From contig JBBPEB010000028.1 in NCBI GenBank assembly GCA_039096225.1, forward strand, positions 558,001 to 622,000: DNA of 64,000 nucleotides, read 5' to 3'. The first letter of the stretch is position 1; the number at the start of each line of letters is the position of its first letter. The stretch comes from Blastocystis sp. Blastoise (taxonomy: Eukaryota > Protista > Bigyra: Opalinata). Below, one piece after another: positions 1-13,200 of the stretch. Both the position numbers and the translations under genes were made by a program. The notes beneath the pieces are model-generated. The model searched no databases. It was not told the DNA's origin and worked only from the letters and a program-made list of their open reading frames with translations.

Positions 1-86
1 CCTTCTCTGTTTGATTCTATCTCCTCTCTATCCATATTTTCCTTTTTATTAATATTTATCTCCTTCTCTATATCTTTCGGTATTCT

Positions 87-92
87 TCTATC

Positions 93-165
<73 letters not shown>

Positions 166-176
166 ATATCTATCTA
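87..176. repeat. (TCTA)n microsatellite
   Basis: About 20 near-perfect TCTA units read directly. Confidence 0.95.
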
Positions 177-1094
177 TTTATTTATCTCAATCCCCTCTCC
201 CCTTCTATATATTTTATTACCTTCTATGTCTCTACCCTATTTCCCGTTTTCTTTCTGTCTCTTTCTTCTCTCATATACTATTGTTCTATCTTTTCTTTTT
301 TTATTCTTCTTTTTTTCTTCTTTGTTTTTTCTATTATACTTCTTTATCTTGCTTTGTCTCTCCTTCTCTCTATGTCATTCAAATTATAATTCTCTCTATC
401 ATTCCCTATCGTTTTCTTTGTATGTATTTTTCTTTCTAATTTTTTTCTATATAAATTTATCTTTCTTGATATTCACTTCCTGCTCCTTTTTTCTCCCTTC
501 TTCGTCTCATCTTCTTTTCTTCGTCTTCCAATTCTATCTGTTTTCCTCCTCCTTCTCTATCCTTCTCAATTCCTCTCTACCTATCTTTATATTCTTTCTT
601 TTTTATACACCTTCCCTACTCCTCTATTTCTCTTTTTATCTTTATTCTTGTATCTATTTTTATCTTATTCTCTATTTCATTTGATTTCTTTTGTATATCT
701 CTCATTCTATATAGAATTCTATCTCTTTCTATCTAATTTCTTCTTTATGTCTCTCTTTTCTTCTTTCTTTCTATTCATCTATTAGTGTATCTATCTATTT
801 ATATCTTTGTATTTTTTTTCTCTCTATCTATCTATCTATCTATCTATCTCTTTTATTTCTTTATATCTTTCTGTTTCTCTATATATGTTTCTTGTTTATT
901 CTTCTTTTCTTTTCTTTCTCTTCTTCTTCATTTTCTTGTATATCTTCTTCCTATTCTTTATCTTACTTTTCTTTCTTTTTTTCACCTCCTTCCTTGTCTC
1001 TTCTTCACATTCATCCTCTTGTTCTCTTATTAATCTATTTATTCTTTCTTATCATTATTCTATTTATTCTTCATCTTCTTGTTGTCATTATTCA

Positions 1095-1625
1095 TTTCCT
1101 TCTTCTTATTCTTCCTTATCTTCCTTATCTTCTTATTCTTCTTCCTATTCTTCTTCTTCTTCCTTATCTTCTTCCTATTCTTCTTTTCTTCTTCTTCCTT
1201 ATCTTCTTCTTATTCTTCCTTATCTTCCTTATCTTCTTATTCTTCTTCCTATTCTTCTTCTTCTTCCTTATCTTCTTCCTATTCTTCTTTTCTTTTTCTT
1301 CTTCCTATTCTTCTTTTCTTCTTCTTCCTTATCTTCTTCTTCTTCTTCCTTATCTTCCTTATCTTCTTATTCTTCTTATTCTTCCTTATCTTCTTATTCT
1401 TCTTCCTATTCTTCTTCTTCTTCCTTATCTTCTTCCTATTCTTCTTTTCTTCTTCTTCCTTATCTTCCTTATCTTCTTCCTATTCTTCTTTTCTTCTTCT
1501 TATTCTTCCTTATCTTCTTCTTATTCTTCCTTATCTTCCTTATCTTCTTCCTTATCTTCTTCTTATTCTTCCTTATCTTCCTTATCTTCTTCCTTATCTT
1601 CCTTATCTTCTTCTTATTCTTTATC
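1095..1625. repeat. Triplet-mosaic (TCT/TCC/TTA/TAT) pyrimidine-rich satellite
   Basis: Continuous TCTTCTTATTCTTCCTTA-type units with essentially no G on the + strand; the overlapping ORFs in all three + frames are low-complexity artefacts. Confidence 0.9.
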
Positions 1626-1907
1626 CTCTAATCCTCTTCTCTTCTGCATTCCTTATTATTATAGATCTCTATATATCTATCTTTGTCATTTATTATAAAT
1701 TATTTTTCATTTTTTTTATTAATCTCAATAATTAAAGACCCTATCTCATTTACTTTATATTTCTTTCTCTTTTATTCTTTTTTACTTCTTTTCCCTTCTT
1801 CTAGCATCCTTTTTCACTTATACATATATAAATATATCCTTACACATCATACTGACTCATTATTCCTACTATTTTACTTTCATTTATGTATTTTTATTCT
1901 ATATTAT

Positions 1908-1976
1908 CCTTAAGCTTATATTGGTAAGTATCTATCAGTTTATGATAGAAAACAGGTTCAATTCCTGTCTTAAGGT
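1908..1976 (+). pseudogene. Degenerate tRNA-like cloverleaf (tRNA pseudogene or tRNA-like ncRNA)
   Basis: Acceptor CCTTAAG/CTTAAGG (7/7), T-arm ACAGG-TTCAATT-CCTGT (5/5), anticodon-like arm CTATC-AGTTTAT-GATAG, D-loop-like TTGGTAA. The loop and variable region are non-canonical. Confidence 0.65.
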
Positions 1977-3819
1977 CAATTACATAACTAATTCTTTATA
2001 TATAGGTATCAATAATTATATTATATTAATTTTTTCAAAAATTATCTATTCAAATAGATGAAGATAAATTAGATCAATTACTATTTTTTCTTTACATATG
2101 TATTTATTTCATCATTGAATGCATTGATAATATATAGATCAATCAAAAATAGCATTCAAAATAATCTTTTTAACAAAAAGAGACACAATAACATTCAATT
2201 ACTTCTTAAGTGTATTATAAAACAAAATAATCTTCTCAAAAGATTATTCAAGTCGTTTTATAATGAGTATATGTGAAAAATTAGTTTAGTTCAAAATAAT
2301 AATTCTCATTTTTCAAAATTATATTATCAAATGATTCTGCGTAATTTTTTTTTCATATAACCACTATACCCTTTTACACAAGAAAATAATCATTTAAATA
2401 CATTTTTAAGTTGATAAACAATAAATTAAGAATTTATTCTTGTTAAAAAACAAAATTCTTAGAAAATATTACTAGAATCATACAAATAATCAATGCAACT
2501 ATTCAATTATACACCTTTAACGTGATTTAAGACAAGTCATAAAAATGGAGATTCTCAATATTTTATATTTTTTAACTAATTGATATTTTAATAACTTTTA
2601 AACTTCATTTAAACACTAAATATGTAATATAATATGTTTTTGTCATTTTCGAAATTAGAATATGTATTTCAAATAATTTTAGTTTTACTAAAAATCACTT
2701 AAAATGAATACACAGAGTTTGTAGACAATAAATAAATTATGAATAAAACTATATATCGATATAAGACTTTTTTTGACAAAAAAGTGATTTTTGCATTTGT
2801 TTTATAATAAACTATCAACACGACTCCGACTATTCAACTAAAAATATATAAAATATGATTTTTGTTTGTTTATACGTATATTTGATAATAGTAAGTCCTT
2901 GAATACTAGAAAAAGTTCTTGCTGAGTAATTATAAAATACTATTTTGATTTGTTTTTGATATTATTTAAATGAAAAACACTATTTGCATGAAAAAATGCT
3001 TACTCTATGTATTTCAAGTCTATTTAAAGGTATTAGAAGACTTTAACTTGATTCCAATTATTGCTTTAATTCACTTTTAAAATGTTTTTACCACTCTCTT
3101 TGTCATATTATGATAACAGATTAATAAAAAATCGGGACAAATACATTAAAAAGATAATATTTCATAACATTTTTCGACTCTAGACCTTTTTATCTTCATT
3201 TTCTTTATTTTATAATTTTATTGAAGATATGTGATAAAACTGATTCTTTAAATAATGATTCAGGCAATCATTCTGGATTATATAAATGACTTTTATTCTG
3301 GAAATAGAAGTTTCAGAGTCTTCTCTATAAGTCTGTATTGTAACCTATATTTATTTTTTAAAAGACTTATACTTACTGAGTGATACTAAAAATAATTTTG
3401 ACAATTAAGGATAAAAATCACTCTTCCATAGTCAAAACTGATTATAAAATGATATAATGATAAATAACTATATAATTCTTTAAAATAAAACAATTTTTGT
3501 ATTACTTATGATAATTATGATAAATTGAAAATAACAATAACAATATCCATTTTCCTCATAGAAATAAAATTTTTCTTTCTCTTTTATTCTTAACCATTCA
3601 TTTTTCTTATGATGAAGATTCTCTATATTTAGTAGATATGAGATTATTCATGTTTATTTTCATTATTTCAGCTATATCTTCTAAATTCCTATTACACCCT
3701 TTTATAACAAAACAAAATGCTACATGACTTATCACATATTTATTTTATTATATCTTATATGATTAATATGATATATTATTAAATTTTATTTTTATTTTAT
3801 TATATATGATACTATTATG

Positions 3820-4620
3820 ATGGTAGGTGTTTGCTGTTTCTTTATATTTTATTTTTTCTACTCTATTCATTCATTTTCTATAGTAGCTGTCTCTGCTTGG
3901 TGTTTTGACACTTGCTGGTCTCCTTAAACGTTCTGGTCCTTCTTGTGTGTGGTCGTGGCTCTCTTATAGATGGGTTCTTTAGGTCTAGAATGGAAGGAAT
4001 CAATGTTAAAAGAAGGTATATATCATCTATATTATCTATTACATATTATATAACTAACCCCACTTTATATTTATATAGCATTAATGTATATATTTATATT
4101 TTATTATTCTATATTAATTTACTTTATTATATATTATTATATTATATAACTTACTCTATCTTTATATAGGTTTCCAGGGGTTCCGTTGCTGTCGTTGTTG
4201 TTAATTGGAGAGAATGGTTTATAAAAAGTATATATATATATTTAATTATATTGTTTTATTCATTATACTATTTATCATATATCTTTTATAGGATGGTTCT
4301 TTGTCTTTGATTCCTTGCCTGTCTTGTAATGATTAGAAAAGGTATATATTTTTTATTTTATTATTATTTTAAAATGTTATATATATATTATTATTAGTAA
4401 TACTTAACTAATATCATCTCTTTATATAGGTTGGTTAGGCTTAAATGCAAATTAAAGACTGAAACTGTCCTGGTTGAAATATTATAAATTAAATATTATA
4501 TATATTTTATTATATTATTTATTATATGTTTTATTATCTTTTTTTTATATATTTATTATTATTGTTTTCTATTATTTGTTTTTATGATTATTTGATAATA
4601 TTTAATTTGTTTGTTTTGTT
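3820..4620 (+). ncRNA. Putative spliced non-coding (or micropeptide) transcript, locus L1
   Basis: G/T-rich blocks 3884-4015, 4170-4227, 4292-4341 and 4430-~4480 are bounded by ATAG acceptors and GTAT donors, separated by AT-only introns. No long spliced ORF. TGTTTGTT lies near 4608. Confidence 0.5.
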
Positions 4621-4783
4621 ATATCGTTTATTATTACACCACAAAAAGAATAAAAAAAGCCAATAAATGAAAAAATAGAGAATATTTAAAACCATTTTTA
4701 TTCGCCAATTATTGTTTTAAGGTGCGTCATACTTTTGCACTGCTTTTCGATTTTATAAAATCACTGAAACTCTGACAAAAAAT

Positions 4784-4985
4784 TTCACTGCTCACCACTG
4801 GGGAAACCAAAGCAAAAAAGTCGTTGGACCTTTTGTCAGCTACCCTTTAAAATTTTTTCACTGCTCCACCACTGGGGAAACCAAACAGAAAAATCAAATA
4901 ACCTTTTGTCAGCTACATATTTAAAAATTTTCACTGCTCACCACTGGGGAAACCAAAACAAAAAAGTCGTTGGACCTTTTGACAG
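4784..4985. repeat. Three 73-bp direct repeats
   Basis: TTCACTGCTC(C)ACCACTGGGGAAACCAAA...ACCTTTTG(T/A)CAG starting at 4784, 4857 and 4930. Confidence 0.95.
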
Positions 4986-5604
4986 AAACCTGAAAAAATG
5001 TCCATAGTGTTCTTCTTCGCTTCTATTTCAAATAATCGTTAAAAAATGATTTTTGCCTTCAGTACACTCCATGACACAATTTCTCAATCTTCAAATGGTT
5101 CACACACGAAACACGTTGTCGATGATTGATTTTTCGTAATATTTATATTAAACTATTCACAATCCATTACTCTCTATGTCCATTCATTGCACATCATTCT
5201 ACAATTAAAAAATAACTTATTTTTTCTATAAACAAACTATTATTCATAGAGAACAATGTGGTTGTGTTTTCTTTAATGTTTTTCGGAAGCCTTTTGGAAT
5301 AAGTTTTACGATTCATTTATGCCAATCATTTGTCGTTCTTACCTTTTCCCAAAGGAATCAGTCACTGCGCGTCATCTACAGTAACCAATAATCCAAACAA
5401 TTTTTCTATTAGTGTTGTTTACTTTTTGAGAGAAATCTTGTTTTTCTGGAAAATGAAATCGATAAAACTCATTGCCCAATGAAAGCCTAGTTTTCTTTTT
5501 CATTATTAATTTATAGGATATACGTCACAATGACACGTTTGGTGAATAGTATTATGAAAAGATCATTACAGTTCTCATTTTTTTATTTCTTTTTCACTTA
5601 AAAA

Positions 5605-6987
5605 ATGAAAGGTTTTCTCGTTTTATTATTTGTGGCTTCCGTTTTCGCTTTAGATAATGGTCTTGCTCTTACTCCTCCTATGGTATGTTTTTATTGCCCT
5701 TTATGCTGTCACTCATTCTCATTTATTGCTTTATTCTTATTTATTTTTTGATTCTATAGGGATGGATGCCTTGGGAACAATATCGTTGTACCATTGATTG
5801 TAAGACTCATCCTGACGGTTGTGTTAATGAAGATCTTTTCATTAAGATGACTGATAAAATGGTTGAAGATGGTTATCTTGAAGCTGGCTATGATGTATAT
5901 ATATTTCTAAATTCATTATTTATTTCTTTATTATTTTATGTATCGATTTCTACTAATTTTGTTTATTTTAACAAGAAATAAGTCATTATTTATTATTTTT
6001 ATATAGCGTATTAATATTGATGATTGTTGGTCTACTCATGAAAGAGATGCTAACCATCGTTTAGTTCCTGATCCTGAAAGATTCCCTCATGGTATGAAAT
6101 ATGTTGGTGATTACATGCATAGTAAGAATATATACTTTGGTATTTACAACGATTATGGTACTTTAACTTGTGAAGGATATCCTGGTTCTAAGGGTTATCT
6201 TGAAATCGATGCTGAAACTTTCGCTTCTTGGGGTGTTGATGCTCTTAAGATGGATGGATGTTACTCTGAAGTTTTAGATCAAATGGATGCTTATCCTGCT
6301 ATGTCTTATTTCTTAAATGCTACTGGTCGTCCTATTCTTTATTCTTGTTCTTGGGCTGCTTATGCTGGTTCTACTGATAATTATAAATATTATGAAATGT
6401 TACCTAAATATTGTAACTTATGGAGAAATTGGTGGGATATTCGTCCTACTTGGGCTTCTATTCGTCAAATTATGACTGTTTTTGGTAATACTAGTTTATG
6501 GTTTAAATATGCTGGTCCTGGTCATTGGAATGATCCTGATATGATTGTTATTGGTATGAAAGATGGTCTTAATAAAGATGAATCTGAAACTCAAATGGCT
6601 ATTTGGTCTGTTCTTGCTGCTCCCTTATATATGACTAATGATTTAAGAAATATTACTTCTTGGGCTAAGGAAATTCTTCTTAATAAGGAAGTTATTGCTG
6701 TTGATCAAGATCCTTTAGGTATTTCTGGTTATAGAATTGGTGAAGCTAAGAATGAAGAAGTCTGGGTACGTCAATTACAAAATAATGAATGGGCTATTGT
6801 TTTATTAAATTCTAATGATCAACCTGCTACTGTTACTACTAAATTCTCTGAATTCACTCAAGTTAAATCTTTTGCTCTTCGTAACTTATTTACACATACT
6901 GATTTAGGTATATTTACTGAATCTTATACTAATGAACAAGTTCCTCCTCATGGTGTCATCATGCTCCGTGCTGTTCCTCAAAACTAA
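5605..6987 (+). CDS. Secreted glycoside hydrolase family 27 (alpha-galactosidase / alpha-N-acetylgalactosaminidase)
   Basis: Exons 5605-5682, 5760-5894, 6007-6987. Signal peptide MKGFLVLLFVASVFA followed by LDNGLALTPPMGW, INIDDCW, LKMDGC, WNDPDM, AAPL and NKEVIAVDQDPLG. Confidence 0.95.
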
Positions 6988-7429
6988 ATCTATATTTTTT
7001 TTATAAATATAGAAATTTATATAGATTTTAGTATGTTTCTTAGAAAATTGTTTTGCTTTTTTTTCATTATTTGTATAACAACAAAATCTACTGATTGATT
7101 TTGGCTTTCAAAAATAATTGCTTATTATAAAAAAATATTTGTATTTGTTTGTTTGTGTTTTTTTGCAGAACTCCAGTTGGCACATAACAAAGTTAAATTA
7201 TTTATATCTAATACATGATTAAAAAAGAATATTCATATACAAAACATTATTATATATATAAGTATTATAAAGGGATCTATTTTATTTATCTTCTCCTAAT
7301 ATTTTATATTTTTTTAATTTGAAAATTTGTTGTTTTATAAAAAGAATTACTTGTTTAATAATACACACGTGATATGCGAATATATTTACTACTTTAAAAT
7401 AAATATCAACCAAAAAAAAGTATTTGAAT

Positions 7430-8760
7430 AACATGGATTATCAATATATATTTATAGTGAGAAGAAGAAATATTATGTTTATTATTTAATATATATAGAA
7501 ATTCTTTAGAATCACCTTATAAGGTAAATACAGAAAAAAGTATTCTTAGTCTAATATTCATTATAAAAAGCATTAGTAATGTAAAAGTATATGTGTACAA
7601 TTGATTTATATCAATTTTTGATCAGTATATCCTCCAAATCTATTAATATGATTATTATGATATATATTCAATTATTGTTACTGCTTCTCCTTTATTATCA
7701 CATTTTCTATGGAATTCTCTAAAGAATAATTATGCTTTATATAATATATAATAAAAAATACAATATATATATCTACATAATAATTTCTATCACTTTTCTT
7801 TGCAAAACCAATTAAATAATTGACTATTATAGTGTTATATACAATATATAAATATAGAAATGATATATGAATATTTTCTATCCATTTTACTAATAAAATT
7901 TCTTTGATTACCTAATAAATAATAGATTCCAGTTTCTACTCTATTTCGATCTATTTTTCAAGATCATTATTAGAAATATACATATAAACCATTTTTACAG
8001 ATTCATATATATATAAATTGTTTATTTCTTCATAATATTTTTTTTATCATAATCTTCTACATACTTATTAACAATTTAATTATATAATTTATTCTTCTAT
8101 AATAACTACTTTATAGTTCATTTTTTCTTATCATTCTTATAAAAAATAACTTTATAATATTTTTATATTGTTTCACACTATTATTTTTTCAACAATAAAT
8201 TTTCAATGATTCTTCAGGAAGAGATAAATAATAATATTCAGAGAAATCCAAATTGTATTAATCTTCTTCATAAAACAATATATAAAACTTTCATTGTCTT
8301 ATTTAAAGAAAAATAAATCAATAAAGAAATGGTAGTTTATCATAAGGATAATCTAAATAAATTTTTTCATCAACAGTTCTTCAATTTATTTAGATTATCA
8401 TATAAGTAGCCATCTGCTATACTATTTGTGATTTTTTTAAGAAACAAAGTAGATTAATGCTTGTGAATCTAATGTAATCAATTTTATTATCATTATCATT
8501 TATATTCAGATCATATTTATGAACCTATGAAGATTTTTGGATAATTATACGTGGATCATCACCATTCTTATCATTCATTCTTTCATAACTTCTTGCTATT
8601 CAATTCTTAATTTCATTTAAGACTCATTCAAATAAATATAATCATTCATTCACTTACTTAAAATACAAATCAAATCACCAATCAGTCTTTCAAAACGAAT
8701 TACATCCTTCTGAATATCAACAATCTTACTACCATCAAATTCTACATTCTCTTTTGCCAT
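7430..8760 (-). pseudogene. Decayed paralogue of the BTB-like+TLDc gene at 18874-20416
   Basis: Begins MAKENVEFDGKKIVDIQKDV (cf. MVKEKVLFDIDKFNRLKEDI); DNKIDYIRFT (cf. DNDMDLIRFT); TLDc remnants EFHRKCDNKGE and FGGYTD at ~7620-7720; many stops and frameshifts. Confidence 0.8.
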
Positions 8761-10225
8761 TCTCTACCATATAAGAAGCGAAATAAACAAAAATACTTTA
8801 AACAGAAAAAAATCTCGATTATTTGGAAAAAAATTATTTATTTCTAATTAATAGCTTATTCTACATATATAATTATCAGTATTATTTCAGATGCTTATGA
8901 ATAATCGTTATTTACAAGGATATCCTATAAATTTTTAAATTAGATAGTTCATTGTTGATCTTTACTTCATTGATTACTTTAAATCGTTGATTTGATGCTT
9001 ATTTTGAATATAGAAGAACTTATAAGTAAAATATCATTTTTAGTTTTTTCATATTATTCACTTTACATACATTTTGATTGATAATCTTCTTATTTTTCTA
9101 TATACACAGCTTTATTTTAATTTATAAGATATTCATAAATTCATATTTGATAATTTTTATTTTAATTGATATGATTATTATGTTATTCTTGTAATTATTC
9201 CCATTTTCTACTATTTTTATTAAATTATTTATTATTACATATTACATTTACTATATATATCTCTATTCATCGAATAGAATGTTTTCTATTATCTCCTTAT
9301 ACAGTTATATCTTCTTTATTTTCTATCTCCTTCTTATTCTTCCACTTTCATTTCATAATATTTAATTCTTTATATTTTATATAATACCTTATTAAGCTAT
9401 TATATACTAATCATAATCATAATTATTAGTTATTTATTATCAATATATATTGCTTATGTGTCATTGATATAGTAATAGAAATTATGTATGCATGAATAAT
9501 TAAAAATATTTTCTATTATACATGTATTTTATTATTCTTAATAAATAATCAATATTTTAGAATTATTCATTGTGAAATAATATAAGAATTAAATCACTAT
9601 TGTTTCAAATAAATTCTTGTTATCAACATAAATAATTCATTTAATAAAATATTTTTACATCTGTTTCTATTTAATTATATATTTAAAAAAAGTAACTATT
9701 CTATATCATAAATGTATAAAATATATTAAAGAATTTATAAAACTATATATATCTCAATTTCCTTTTGACACTTGTGTAAAACAACTTTAAAAATCAATTA
9801 TCTTTATATAATCAAGATAAAAAAGGAATTCTTATTAATTCTTTCAATAGATTAAGACAAATAGATCTCAAAAAAAATTTTCTTTATTATTATATAAAAA
9901 CTATATATTATTTAAATAATTATAGTCATCCATATATAGGAGATCATTGTCACAATAATAATTCTGTAGAAATATTTATCTATTTATTTTTAACTGAATA
10001 ATTAAAAAAAAATAATCAATTTATAATAATCACAATTAATACTTTATATATTTTGAATAATTGTCACCATTAATTACGTTATATTTAGTCACAACTTCTT
10101 CAAAAAAAAAAGAATAATTCTTTATATATAGAATTAATAAAAACATTAAAAATAAATAAAAAAATATAATTCGATATAACAGTATAAAGAATAAAAACAT
10201 ATATATAGAAAGGAATCCACATACT

Positions 10226-13200
10226 TAGTCAAATAAATAATTCACATGATTTCCCTGAATAAATGCGGAATCCTTTAATTGTTGTTTATATGTTTCAATT
10301 TGTTCATATGAAATATCATAACCTATATAATATATAATTAATATATATAACTATTTATATACAGATAAAAGAAATATATTTCAATTTAGGAATTTTTCCA
10401 ATAGTAATAACATTAATAAGATTTAATAATTGGCTTTCTTCATAAATATCTATAAAAAAATGAAATTTCACTTAAAAATCTAATTAATAATTTACATATT
10501 TTTAAATATTTTATATTCTGAGTTTTGTTTTCATTTATACAATCAAATAACGTTTCTATCTCAAATTTACTCATCATCTGCTCTAAATAAAAGTATACTA
10601 CTTTAAAAAGATATACATATATATACCTTTATTACCAATAATTGTATTCATAAATGAATTACTATCATATTTACATCGAAAAATTGAATCAAAAGAATTA
10701 TAAATATATTCATCATAAGAATAATAATAAAATATTTTAATAAAATCTAGCCACCAAACTTTACCATCTTGACCATTTTTACCTATATATGTATATATAC
10801 ATATTATTTAATAAAAATAATTTTTAAACAATGATTAGATTATATATAAATATATGCATGATTTATAATAAATCATATAATTATAATTACTAATATATAT
10901 ACAAATCTTGATAGATTTTAATTTAGGGAAATTATCTGTAGTGTATAGTTTGCAAAAATTATCATTTGGTATATCTTCAATATCTAAAGTAATATTTAAA
11001 AATAATATTATGACGAAATATATAGTATACTAATATTAAAACATTATAAATAATATATATATATACCTAGATTTAATTGAGTTGTATTATGGAAACAACC
11101 TTTAGGAATGAGTCGATTTATAAAAGTAATATAACAATCTATAGTAATAATAGTTAAAATGAATAATTGAATTATTGATTAATATAATACATATATAGTA
11201 ATAATTACATTGTAGAGTAACAACAGAAACCTTAGAAATTAGTTTCTCCATAAGGTTTTCTAATATGGTAATATATTCAAGTGGTAAGTCTTCTTTAAAA
11301 TATTGTACTGAATATATATATATATGTATTTATGTACTTTATAATATAATATACAATCAATTGTTAATTCATGAATAGAATTAAATTTATTGTCATTAAA
11401 AAGAGTTGATATCCACATTAAGTCTATATCAATAATAATACCGAAAACTATAGATATGATAAAAATGTAATAATAAATATATAAGAATAAGTAATATACA
11501 ATTAATAGTTAACTTATTCAAATGTTGTAATACATCACTCTTAATAAATCTTTCTAAAGAAATTTTAGTATCATCATTATATTCATTATCTATAAATTAC
11601 TGAATTGTAGAATTAGTAGAGTATTTCAACAATATATTTATTAGATATATTTGAATACTGTTAAAAGCGAATATTAATTCATCTATGTTTTGTTTAGAAT
11701 CTTTCAAATAATCTAGCTTTGCAACATTTTCAGAATCACCAGAATCAACTTTATAGAATATAATATATAGAATATATATAATAATGTATAAAAAGACCAT
11801 ATATATATCATACCAAAAAGTCTATGCATCGAAATAAGATCTTTCTCTAATAATTCTTTTAAATGAGGAAAATTATAAATACAATCAGATCCATCTATAC
11901 TAAACTTATCAATATGAATTGAATGAGTATAGGCAAGTTCATCTATACGAATAGCTATTTCTTCTTTTAGTGTATAACCAATTCTATCTATTTGAATAGT
12001 ATCAATCATAGATATTATATTAACAGGAAATAAAGACTGATAATTATTAGTATCTAATACATATAAACAACTAATTTATAAATATACTTATTTCAGTTTT
12101 ATAATTAATTATATGTAATTTTGGGAAACATTTTTTCGTTAATGAAGATAGATTAAATAATTCTATATATATAATTATATATTTATTTACTAGTTATATA
12201 TACCATCATTATCTTCATCATCATATATAAGTTCAGTAACATTTGGGAATACATGAGTTGTGATGACACTCATAAACATATTATCATCAATTATCCTAGT
12301 CATTTCTTTAATCAATTTAACACTTAATATAGTTAAAGAATCAAAAACAACTTCTTCAAAATATTTCATAATCATTTTTGTATCTCTTTTTGAATAACAA
12401 TCTAAAAGAAGTCATTTAATTTACTAAATATATATTTACTTACATTTACCTAACTTGATTTGAGAAACAGAATAAAATGAAGGAAGGCATAATAATTGAG
12501 ATATACCATGTTTTGAAGATACTCTATCAATACTATTTAGTATATATATATATAAATTCACAATATAAAATTTTAGAATAATATACCAAAATGATTTATC
12601 ATTTGCTTTATCTATAAATATTAATAATAAATTTTATGATTTTATAGTATATATATACCATCATATTTAATACTGACTATATCATCTAAAATATATTCAT
12701 CTTTAATTTCATTAATTTCTACATTTAAATAATCATTTGTATATATAGCTTCATTAACTACATATTTATATAATTTAGGGTACTCAGTCTTTTGTCTTTT
12801 TCCATTATAAGGATCAATAAAATTATGTAAATAATTTAAATTATTATTAATTATAGAAACAAGCTTATTATATTCATTCATATCAGATTCAGTATAATAC
12901 TCATAATGTTCAGGATTATTTACTTTAAAGTAATATTTACCAAATAAACGATGATATTCCATTATATATTCATCACTATTTGGATTTAATAATTGTTCTG
13001 TTTTCTTATAATGTGTATTTACTATATATATTTATTAATATTGATTACATATATAAATACCAGCAATATATAATTCTTTTAATGAAGGAAATATATCTTT
13101 TATACACGATGGACATATATATTCTAATGGAATATTTGAAGCATAATCATCTATATATATAATATATAATATATAATAAATTTACATGTAATTCTAACTT

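Noticed and set aside
226-1913. Long overlapping + strand ORFs (Ser/Leu/Phe-rich)
   Set aside because: They arise from the pyrimidine-rich satellite lacking stops; no protein-like complexity.
2000-3700. Possible exon remnants
   Set aside because: A few splice-like boundaries, but no recognisable or open protein sequence.
4784-4985. CRISPR array
   Set aside because: Only three units, the spacer-like parts are similar to each other, there are no cas genes, and the context is eukaryotic.
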